Source of the DNA: a virus
IMG/VR virus record: IMGVR_UViG_3300032053_000050
Coordinates: 7,803 to 71,802 of that record
Direction: 5' to 3' (one strand)
Length of the DNA stretch: 64,000 nt
Part shown: positions 49,801-58,130 of the stretch, piece by piece
Layout: each line of letters opens with the position of its first letter
How positions within the stretch are numbered: position 1 is the stretch's first letter
Program-made: the position numbers and the translations under genes
Notes under the pieces: generated by a model
What the model saw: the letters and a program-made list of their open reading frames with translations, nothing else
The model's database searches: none
Told to the model about the DNA's origin: nothing

Positions 49801-52612
49801 TTATCATATAACGGGTAATGGAAATGGTTTTAAATTAGGTCATAGTGATAAAGGAGATGAAACAGGATATCAAAGAATATTATATAATTGTTTATCTGTA
49901 TTTAATGATCTAATAGGATTTAATGAATCTATTGATGTAACTCAAACAATAGATATGGCTCTTTATAATTCTTTAGCATATAATAATTCAAATGATTATG
50001 GTTTTAAATTTTCTTCATCTTTTAATACTGGCGCAAATACATTATTAAGAAATAATATATCTTATTTAAATAAATCTGGAAATGATTATGGTGGAAGAGC
50101 AGGAAATACAACAGATCATAATTCTTGGGATGCTGGTACTAATGTAATTGTTTCTAATGCAGATTTTATAAGTATTGATCCAACAAATCTATCTGGAACA
50201 AGACAATCAATTGGTAATTTACCAATTGTGTCATTTTTACATTTAGCAGGAGATACAGATTTAAGAGCAAAAGGAATTGCGATAAGTGGATTAACTCTTG
50301 ATGGAGATGGTGAAACATGGTTAAATCCACCATCTTTAGGACCATTTGAATATGTAATTACTACTACTATTCCTGTGGTTACTACTTCAGTAATATCTAA
50401 TATATCTTTAACAACTGCCTCTGGTGGGGGAAATATTATACATGATGGAAATTTAAATGTTACTGCAAGAGGTATATGCTGGAATACAAGTTCAACACCT
50501 ACGCTTACTAATTCTTATACAACTAATGGAATAGGAGAAGGATTATTTACTAGTCTTTTATCTAGTTTAAATGCTAGTACACATTATTATGTTCGTGCTT
50601 ATGGTACAAATTCATTAGGAATAGGATATGGAAATGAAGTTACATTTGATACTAGTCAAAATATAATAGTAACATCATTACCTACAGTTACTACTTCTGC
50701 TATTACTGGAATAACTACATCTAGTGCATTTGGTGGAGGTAATGTTATTCATGATGGCAGTATAGGCGTTTCTGCTAGAGGTGTTTGTTGGGATATTAGT
50801 ACAGCGCCAACAATTTCTAATTCACATACATCAAATGGTATAGGTGAAGGAGTATTCACAAGTATAATAGCAAATTTAAACTCCAGTACACACTATTATA
50901 TTAGAGCTTATGCTACAAATGCAGTGGGAACAGCATATGGTGCAGAAGTTACATTAGATACAAGTTTAAATGTAAATATACCTACAGTTACTACATCACC
51001 TATAACCAATATATCTATAACTAGTGCAACGGGTGGTGGGAATGTAACTACTGATGGAAGTTTAAGTGTTACTGCTAGAGGTGTATGTTGGAACACAAGT
51101 ATTAATCCTACAACCGCAAATTCTTCAACAAATAATGGTAATGGATTGGGGTTATTTGTAAGTACATTATCGGGATTAAATTCTAGTACACATTATTATG
51201 TTAGAGCTTATGCTATTAATTCATTAGGTATAGCATATGGAACAAATATACAGTTTGATACTAGTCGAAATGTAGCTATACCTACAGTTACTACATCATC
51301 TATAACTAATATATCTACAACTAATGCATCAGGAGGAGGTAATGTTATTCATGATGGTAGTACGGGTATTTTTGCTAAAGGTGTTTGTTGGAATACTTTA
51401 ACCAATCCTACTATTAGTAATTCATACACAAATGATGGTACAGGTGAAGGAGTATTTATCAGTTCTTTAATTTTATTAGATGCTAGTACTCATTATTATG
51501 TTCGCTCTTATGCTTCTAATTCAGTTGGAACAGGATATGGAAATGAAGTTACATTTGATACAAGTATGTTAGATTCTTCTATTATTTCTGTTCCTACACT
51601 TACTACTAATGTTATTACAAATATAACTGCGACAACAGCATCAGGAGGAGGTAATGTAATAGATCCTGGAAGTGATAATATTACAGAAAAAGGTATATGT
51701 TGGAACACTTCTACCAATCCATTAATTATTAATTCTCATACATCTAATGGAATAGGAGCAGGGCCATTTACTAGTTCTTTAATTTCATTAAATCCAAGTA
51801 CTCATTATTATGTTCGCTCTTATGCTACTAATTCAGCTGGAACAGGATATGGAAATGAAGTTACATTTGATACAAGTATTATGTTGATAAGTAATATACT
51901 CGTATCTGGAGTAGTAGATGTAAGTACTATAACTACATTTCATGGAACATTACAATTAATTACAACTATTACACCAATAAATGCTACAATTCAAAATGTA
52001 AACTGGATCCCTATTGGAATAACTGGAACTTGTTCTATAGATGGTAATACAGGTCTTGTAACAGCTTTAACAGATGGTATTGTTGATATTTATGCAGAAG
52101 CTTTAGACGGAGGAGGCGCAATGGGTGTATTACGAATAACTATTACTGGGCAAACTTCACCAGAAGATCCTCTATACACACTATATTATTTAACTGCAAC
52201 AGGAAAATATTTAGAAGCAAATACGAAATTTTTAATAGCAAAATTTCCTACTCCTATTCTTCCTTATTATGAATTATATTTTGGATTATATAATGATCCC
52301 TTATATAGAAATGCAGGTAATGGATTTTATGGTAATGCATATATTAGAAAAATAAGTGATGATTCAGTAGCAATAGATATTAGTACAGGAAATCCAGTAA
52401 TAATAAGTCCACCAAATGAAACATTTGTAGTTAATCCTACTTTATGGTATTTATCTAGTGCTGAAAGTTATTATACTGATTTTAATGATATTATTTCAAA
52501 TGCAAATCTTACTCTTACTATTTCAATTACTGGAGAACCTGATACAATTGGAAGATATTCAAATGATTTTTCATTATTATTAAATAAAACAGTTAATGGA
52601 TATTTTCAATAA
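46877..52612 (+). CDS. 1911-aa secreted adhesin/depolymerase-like protein: two parallel beta-helix domains, seven FN3-like repeats, Ig-like domain
   Basis: Signal peptide; YYVATTGSNSNTG..PW start; GNGNGFKLG (PL9-like); repeats PTVTT...ARGVCW...YYVRAYA.N..G..YG. Confidence 0.8.
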   Translation: MKKLLILLCSIFFYITTNATTYYVATTGSNSNTGTSTSPWLNLSYACSRITTSGDIIHINAGTYNESTISNLAVGVSIEGDNKSTTIIRSNLTSVGSYTILLSSSLSNTNGNQHISNLTLRSTTSYAAYAAIGVLKRGNVEIYNCDIIDFNYYAVAFHNGEQTGVYAVGNKIHDCIIKDCGGYIGIYGSGGDAAGALSILSQDGLQIYNNTITIARPNGMNGNCIDGVEGFIKNMKVYNNILSKTLVVGTTPWDFAIEIWNWEGGNEIYNNVITGSVDVQYAIKGTSTYSAWIHDNIIGQSILKQQQSVRGVLLEIWNSDVIIERNYIHHVAQGVFMRTHGTTVCTQNNITVRYNVFDNIGAASGTISPSGWGFYCSQEDLSNDNLNNFKFYNNTVIASTSGVTTSWGVSIPDLGKAINVTINNNIIKGFAGAPIRGNGWNQGTSVNGLAIFNNIFYNNGNNNDPNLTATGFTATNVTGLSPQTNLKTDPQFINNLTDYHLTTARVGLYITSGLTDKDGVTVANPPTIGAYEFMGSTSIPTVTTTLISTITINSASGGGNVTADGGLSVTARGVCWNTSTNPTIVNSHTTNGTGTGVFTSSLTGLNPGIHYYVRAYAINAAGTAYGSEVTFDTSPDITLATITTSSITNIFSASATGGGTVVHDGNSNVTARGICWSTSSTPTLSNSYTIDGTGEGTFISTLINLVANTTYYVRAYATNSLGVAYGNQVSFVTTGNIFYVSVSGNDSSIGTSLTTAFKTIQRGITAITAPGDSLYIRGGTYSPTATSGNGAYNAVYISSKNGTIANEILISAYNNEVVTIDGVNITQAGEKRGIQIVNCSYIKIKGITVQNIHEHEYAGPADSIYGTSSNHITIEQCTVTKCGNGFRFNGACDYIYYINCDAYDNWDYYNNGLFANGFNANINAGMHQYMTGCRAWYNSNNGYDYTLGGGFITMTNCWAFRNGRTSYYSNIDSSAYHITGNGNGFKLGHSDKGDETGYQRILYNCLSVFNDLIGFNESIDVTQTIDMALYNSLAYNNSNDYGFKFSSSFNTGANTLLRNNISYLNKSGNDYGGRAGNTTDHNSWDAGTNVIVSNADFISIDPTNLSGTRQSIGNLPIVSFLHLAGDTDLRAKGIAISGLTLDGDGETWLNPPSLGPFEYVITTTIPVVTTSVISNISLTTASGGGNIIHDGNLNVTARGICWNTSSTPTLTNSYTTNGIGEGLFTSLLSSLNASTHYYVRAYGTNSLGIGYGNEVTFDTSQNIIVTSLPTVTTSAITGITTSSAFGGGNVIHDGSIGVSARGVCWDISTAPTISNSHTSNGIGEGVFTSIIANLNSSTHYYIRAYATNAVGTAYGAEVTLDTSLNVNIPTVTTSPITNISITSATGGGNVTTDGSLSVTARGVCWNTSINPTTANSSTNNGNGLGLFVSTLSGLNSSTHYYVRAYAINSLGIAYGTNIQFDTSRNVAIPTVTTSSITNISTTNASGGGNVIHDGSTGIFAKGVCWNTLTNPTISNSYTNDGTGEGVFISSLILLDASTHYYVRSYASNSVGTGYGNEVTFDTSMLDSSIISVPTLTTNVITNITATTASGGGNVIDPGSDNITEKGICWNTSTNPLIINSHTSNGIGAGPFTSSLISLNPSTHYYVRSYATNSAGTGYGNEVTFDTSIMLISNILVSGVVDVSTITTFHGTLQLITTITPINATIQNVNWIPIGITGTCSIDGNTGLVTALTDGIVDIYAEALDGGGAMGVLRITITGQTSPEDPLYTLYYLTATGKYLEANTKFLIAKFPTPILPYYELYFGLYNDPLYRNAGNGFYGNAYIRKISDDSVAIDISTGNPVIISPPNETFVVNPTLWYLSSAESYYTDFNDIISNANLTLTISITGEPDTIGRYSNDFSLLLNKTVNGYFQ

Positions 52613-52636
52613 AATATATAAATAAAAATAATATAT

Positions 52637-54298
52637 ATGGCAGACTGTCCTAAGGAATCTTTAAATAGTGCATTTCCTCAACAAACTACTACATCTACAA
52701 TAGGATTACAAGTTTCAACAGATGGAGGAGGATTAAGTTCGGTTCTTAATGTAAACAAACTTGCGTCTGCTGTTCAAAATTATAATTTATTAAATTCTGC
52801 TGTCAATCAACTTATAGGATATGAAGCTAGATGGTTCAGAGCTCTACCTCAACAACGTTCAAAAGATGTTATTTTTTTAGAATATACACTTTCAAATGTT
52901 GAAGATTGTCCTATAGATATTAAAGTTATAGTTCCAAGTGGTATGCCACCAGATAGTAAATATAATTTTGATTTAATGGGTCTTGAATATGAAGTTCCAT
53001 TTGAAGTTCAAATTGATAAAAAATATTGGGAATCATTAGCTGGAATGGGTACTGCTCCTCAAAAAAAAGATATAGTTTATTTTCCAATATCTAATAAGAT
53101 TTTTGAAGTAGAGTCTTGTTATTTATTTAGAGGTTTTATGGAACAAGAAACAACTTGGAAATTAAATCTCAAAAAATATTCACCAGAAGCTTCAAGAAAA
53201 GAATCTGTTGGGTTACATGAAACTATTGATAAATATACAGTTAGTGTTGAAGAAGTATTTGGTGGAGCAATAGCTGATGATATTAAAAAACTTGTAGATG
53301 ATCAACAAATGAGTCAATTTAGTGGTACATCAAAAGATAAATACAAATATTTTGATGCTTCTCTTAGAACAATTCCATCTGCTATAAATATGTATGGAAC
53401 TGTAGTAGCACATTCTTTTTATGATATGCAAACTTCTGAAGTATTTAATGCTATTAATTATAATGTAACAGATATAATTCATACTAATGATGATAGATCT
53501 ATTATAGCATGGATATCGCCTCGTACAATTCCAGATATTCATAAAGAATATAATGTTACAAGTATAACAGAAAATCTTTATATAGATCCAAGTACAATAT
53601 TTACAAGTAATTATGATATTGTAATTAATTCTTTAAAAAGATTTAATATTGAAGATACTTTAGTAATATTTCGTCCCGGAGCACTTAATTTGTATGCAAA
53701 AATAGTTTCAATAAGTGAAAATCCACTAGTATATCATTGTGAAATAGATGCATTTGTTCTCGAAGATCTTCAAACCATTAGAGCTAATTGGGCAAGTTTA
53801 CCAAATTATAAAGCAATGGTAAAATTTCCTATTAATCTTATTGATGGTATAAATCAACTAGAAGAACATAATTTTTCTGCTAACATTTACGCAAATCAGT
53901 ATATTAAAGTTAATTATGGTGCACAAACATATATTTCTAAATTAACAAATAAACTTTTAGATAATAAATGGTATGGAATTGTAATTAATATTGGAAATAC
54001 TTGGGAACAATATAGTATCAATGTTTGGGAAAAACACACTAATGATGCAAATGCAAAATTACAAAGAATATTTAATGAAACCATGACCTTTTATCCTGAA
54101 GAAGTTACAGTTTATAATTTTGTAGTTAATAAATCACCAGCTTATTTAACTAATTTAAAAATATATACGTCTACTATTGAGGATGAAAAACAAAGTAATG
54201 ATTTGCTTTCATATTTCACACCAAACGCAGATCAAATTGTTTTAGCAGATAATGCAGATAGTATTTTACGCTTGCCTTATATTTCTCGTCAAAGATAG
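52637..54298 (+). CDS. Probable virion structural (neck/head-completion-like) protein
   Basis: PQKKDIVYFP...IFEV segment resembles myophage neck proteins; late promoter upstream; structural context. Confidence 0.5.
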   Translation: MADCPKESLNSAFPQQTTTSTIGLQVSTDGGGLSSVLNVNKLASAVQNYNLLNSAVNQLIGYEARWFRALPQQRSKDVIFLEYTLSNVEDCPIDIKVIVPSGMPPDSKYNFDLMGLEYEVPFEVQIDKKYWESLAGMGTAPQKKDIVYFPISNKIFEVESCYLFRGFMEQETTWKLNLKKYSPEASRKESVGLHETIDKYTVSVEEVFGGAIADDIKKLVDDQQMSQFSGTSKDKYKYFDASLRTIPSAINMYGTVVAHSFYDMQTSEVFNAINYNVTDIIHTNDDRSIIAWISPRTIPDIHKEYNVTSITENLYIDPSTIFTSNYDIVINSLKRFNIEDTLVIFRPGALNLYAKIVSISENPLVYHCEIDAFVLEDLQTIRANWASLPNYKAMVKFPINLIDGINQLEEHNFSANIYANQYIKVNYGAQTYISKLTNKLLDNKWYGIVINIGNTWEQYSINVWEKHTNDANAKLQRIFNETMTFYPEEVTVYNFVVNKSPAYLTNLKIYTSTIEDEKQSNDLLSYFTPNADQIVLADNADSILRLPYISRQR

Positions 54299-54336
54299 TT
54301 AGTTATACCATATATTATATTACTAAACAACAAATA

Positions 54337-54684
54337 TATGGAAATAAAAAAGGAATAAAACGATATAATATATTTGTAAAAAAACAAAAAGAAACAAATA
54401 AAGGAAAAAATTTAGGAATTAAACGAACGCCAGATCAAGTTGAAAAAAATAGACAAGTAAGATTGGGAACATTTCATTCAAAAGAAACAAAAGAAAAAAT
54501 GAAATTATCACAGCAACGTAGAAGGCAGAAACCTGTATCAAAGAAAACAAAAAATAAAATGATAGGGAAAAATAATCCAATGTACGGTAAATCGGTATAT
54601 GATATATGGCTAAAAAAGTATGGAAAGGATATCGCAGATGAAAAATGGAAAAATAAATATAAAAAAATTATTAAAATAAAATAA
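54337..54684 (+). pseudogene. NUMOD3 homing endonuclease remnant
   Basis: GTFHSKETKEKM, GKNNPMYGKS. Confidence 0.65.
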
Positions 54685-54686
54685 CT

Positions 54687-55349
54687 ATGAAAACATCAGA
54701 TGAGCGTAAAGCTCTTGAAAATCTAATTAAAAATTCACCAACAGAAATAAAAACAAATGTTCCTATTCCAGGAGAAGATATTCCTGAATTACAACCAGTA
54801 CCTATAGTAACAACAAATTTTAAAAAACTTAAAAAGAAGTGTGAAAAAGAAGCTACTACAATGATAAAAAATGCAATATCATTTATGATTCCATTAGATA
54901 TGATAAAAGAAAATAAATATATTCATGACAAATTTAAAGTAGATGTTATGTCTTTAGCAGGAATGATTTATCAACTTAGAAGCAACGAAGTTATGCAAAA
55001 TGCTCTTATGGAACAAATTGTTCTTGGTCTTACTCATCCCAGATATTGGGAAGTATATACTGGAATGTCAAAAAGTATTGGAGACCTTAATAAACAATTA
55101 CTTCAAACTGTGGAAGCTATAAAGGAAACATATCGCTCATTTAAAAATGATGTTAAAGAACAACGAACTGAAATTTTTGGTCCTCAACAAAGTGTAACTG
55201 GCATGTTAACTACAGGTGATGGTGGAGTTGTTACAAGAGGTACAAAAGAACTTATAAATCAAGTTAAATTATTAAAAAGTCAAAATATTAATGAATATCT
55301 AGATGAGCAACATCTTATACCAAATATTCCTATTGAACCTCAACAATAA
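54687..55349 (+). CDS. Probable terminase small subunit
   Basis: HPRYWEV helix and GTKEL tail; directly upstream of TerL. Confidence 0.55.
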   Translation: MKTSDERKALENLIKNSPTEIKTNVPIPGEDIPELQPVPIVTTNFKKLKKKCEKEATTMIKNAISFMIPLDMIKENKYIHDKFKVDVMSLAGMIYQLRSNEVMQNALMEQIVLGLTHPRYWEVYTGMSKSIGDLNKQLLQTVEAIKETYRSFKNDVKEQRTEIFGPQQSVTGMLTTGDGGVVTRGTKELINQVKLLKSQNINEYLDEQHLIPNIPIEPQQ

Positions 55350-55402
55350 AAACGTTGTTATTTATATTCATCAAATTCTAGAAAAAAATAAATAAAATAA
55401 AA

Positions 55403-55933
55403 ATGCCTAGTACTACTATTTGGAATAGTGAATTAATTAAACAAACATTAGAAAAGCTTAAAATGGGCATTCAAACTAATTTGAGTGCTTTCCACTATGG
55501 AGATATCGAATTAAAGGCTGGAAATATTTTATATCAATTAACACCTGATGAAGTAAATGAATTTCATAAATGTTCAACAGATATAGTTTATTTTGTTGAA
55601 AAATATTGTAGATTTTTAACAGATAAAGGTAGAATAATTGTTAAACTAAGAGATTTTCAAATAACAATATTAAGAGCTTTAGCAAAAGAAAAATATAGTG
55701 AAAAATTTGAAGAAATGATTCCTGAAATAAGAAATTTAATTATGATGCAAAGTAGACAAAGTGGGAAATGTTTTTTTATGGGTAATGTAATACTTAGATA
55801 TCCTAATGAAAATTTATATGAAATTCCAATATCTTTATTTTATTATCTCATATTATCTACAAAAAGAAAATTAACTTTTTTAGAAAAAATTAAAACTAAA
55901 CTTTTAAAATTGTATATATTGTATTACATGTAA
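55403..55933 (+). CDS. Terminase large subunit N-extein plus short N-intein
   Basis: DIVYFVEKY, LRDFQ, SRQSGK followed by intein-start CFF at 55769. Confidence 0.88.
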   Translation: MPSTTIWNSELIKQTLEKLKMGIQTNLSAFHYGDIELKAGNILYQLTPDEVNEFHKCSTDIVYFVEKYCRFLTDKGRIIVKLRDFQITILRALAKEKYSEKFEEMIPEIRNLIMMQSRQSGKCFFMGNVILRYPNENLYEIPISLFYYLILSTKRKLTFLEKIKTKLLKLYILYYM

Positions 55934-55993
55934 GAGAAGATGAATTCTGTAATAATCCTGAAACAACTATTTAAAAATGTATAGATTTTATAT

Positions 55994-58030
55994 ATGAAAA
56001 TAATTCTTAAATATATTATTTTATTTTTAATACAACTTATTGAAAAATGGGAGTATAGAAATTTATCTTTAGATGAAAATGATATTTCTAAAAAAATTAT
56101 AGATTCAATTGATTTAGATAATTTTTATATTGATACGCCTAATGGATTTAAGTCTATTAAATCTATTCATAAAACTCAACCATACACTTTATATAGTCTT
56201 AAATTAGAAAATGGGTTAGTACTAGAGTGTGCAGATAATCATATTTTAATTGATGTATTTGGGTCTCAGATATTTGTAAAAAACTTAAAAATTGGTCACT
56301 ATGTTCAAACAAAAGAAGGTTTAAAAAAAGTAATTACACTAAAAAAACTACCATTTAAAGTTTCTATGCATGATGTTACACTTGATAGTTTAGAACATAC
56401 ATTTTATAGTAATGATATAGTTTCTCACAACACAACTACAGTTGCTGCATTTTTTTCTTGGTATTTGTGTTTTCATAATGATAGAAACTTGGCAATTTTA
56501 GCAAATAAAGAAAAGACGGCTTTTGAAATCGTCGATAAAGTAATCAATGTATTCAAAGGATTACCATTTTTTTTAAAACCTGGAATGATACAGGGTGGAG
56601 CGGGTGGTATGAGACTTGATAATGGCTGTTTTCTTACATCACAAGCAACTACTAAAACTGCTCAAATTGGTTATACCATTCATGTATTATATGCAGATGA
56701 ATTTGCACATATTATGCATAATATTGCAGATGATTTTTGGCGTTCTGTTTATCCTACTCTTTCTGCAGGTGAAGTTTCACAATGTATAATATCTTCAACG
56801 CCAAACGGGGAAGAAAATGTATTTTTTGAAATTTGGGATAAATCACAAAAAGGTAAAAATTCATTTATGCCTATACGAGTAGACTGGTGGGAAGTACCTG
56901 GACATGATGATGCATGGGCTGAAAAAATGAAAGCTGACTTTGGAGAAGAACGATTTGCTCAAGAATTTGGTCTTGATTTTAATAAAGGAGGTTCAAATCT
57001 TTTATTAGCTGGTTCAGATTTAGCGTTTATTAAACGAATTGAAAAAGAATACATATTTCATGAACTTGAAAATTCAAAACTCGATGAAACTCTTTATAGA
57101 AATTTAAAATGGCATCCTGAATTTAATCCTAATGCAAAATATGATCCTCAATTGATAAGATTTGTAGTAAGTATTGATACTGGAGAAGGAAAAGATGAAA
57201 ATGAAATAAAAGATAATGACTATAATGTTGCGAACTTTTTTAAAGTTGAACCTAAATCACTTTCTCAATTAAAAAAACTCAGAAATGACGAATACAGTAT
57301 CAAGAATATGTTCAGATTAACTCAAATAGGATTGTATAGGGATAATATAAAAGATGAAGAAAATTGCGCCAATGTTACTAAAACAATCATTTTTGATCAA
57401 TTAGGCCCTGAGTTATGTAAAATACTTATTGAGATGAATTTTAATGGAAAATTCTTTTTAGATAAAGTTTCAAGCCATAATGAATTTTATGACGAAATGA
57501 TATTACGTACTTATCATACAAAACCTATATTAGGAGAGAAAAAACCAAGAAAAAAAGCCGGATTTAAAGTAACTGGTGGTGATAAAGATTTCTTTTGTAA
57601 ATTAGGAAAACAAATGGTTTCTAAAAAAATATTAATTATTAATGAATGTGAAACAATAAAAGAATTCAAAGCATTTGGAAAAGATAAAAGAGGAAAGTGG
57701 AGAGGATTGGGGGTTCATGATGACATTGCAATGAGTACTATAAATACAAGTAGATTATATAATGAAAATGAATATGAAGATTGGTTATATGATTTTTTTG
57801 ATGCTATGCCTGAAAGTTTTGTTAAAACTAAAATAAGTGAACTAATAGGAAAATATGTAGAAACTTCTGATATAAATGATCAAGAATTTGATACTATGTA
57901 TAAAGAAGAAGATCCTATTAAAACTGAAGAAGCTAGAATATTAAAAATATTTAATGAGTCAAACAAACACCATTATCAAGGAATACCTATAAATCAAAAT
58001 ATAAGTAATTTCGGATGGAAAAAAAATTAA
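55994..58030 (+). CDS. C-intein plus terminase large subunit C-extein
   Basis: Intein blocks ECADNH, HDVTL, SHN|TTT (56431/56432); YADEFAH, SSTPNG, FAQEF, HDDIAM. Confidence 0.92.
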   Translation: MKIILKYIILFLIQLIEKWEYRNLSLDENDISKKIIDSIDLDNFYIDTPNGFKSIKSIHKTQPYTLYSLKLENGLVLECADNHILIDVFGSQIFVKNLKIGHYVQTKEGLKKVITLKKLPFKVSMHDVTLDSLEHTFYSNDIVSHNTTTVAAFFSWYLCFHNDRNLAILANKEKTAFEIVDKVINVFKGLPFFLKPGMIQGGAGGMRLDNGCFLTSQATTKTAQIGYTIHVLYADEFAHIMHNIADDFWRSVYPTLSAGEVSQCIISSTPNGEENVFFEIWDKSQKGKNSFMPIRVDWWEVPGHDDAWAEKMKADFGEERFAQEFGLDFNKGGSNLLLAGSDLAFIKRIEKEYIFHELENSKLDETLYRNLKWHPEFNPNAKYDPQLIRFVVSIDTGEGKDENEIKDNDYNVANFFKVEPKSLSQLKKLRNDEYSIKNMFRLTQIGLYRDNIKDEENCANVTKTIIFDQLGPELCKILIEMNFNGKFFLDKVSSHNEFYDEMILRTYHTKPILGEKKPRKKAGFKVTGGDKDFFCKLGKQMVSKKILIINECETIKEFKAFGKDKRGKWRGLGVHDDIAMSTINTSRLYNENEYEDWLYDFFDAMPESFVKTKISELIGKYVETSDINDQEFDTMYKEEDPIKTEEARILKIFNESNKHHYQGIPINQNISNFGWKKN

Positions 58031-58130
58031 AAATAAAGAAAATTAATCAGGGAATTAAAAAAACAAATTTGTAAATAGTATTTTTTGCAATTTTTAATTA
58101 AATATATATAATAAAAATAAAGATATAACT

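Noticed and set aside
48490-51875. CRISPR-like or DGR repeats
   Set aside because: Repeats are in-frame FN3-like protein domains with synonymous divergence; no spacers and no reverse transcriptase
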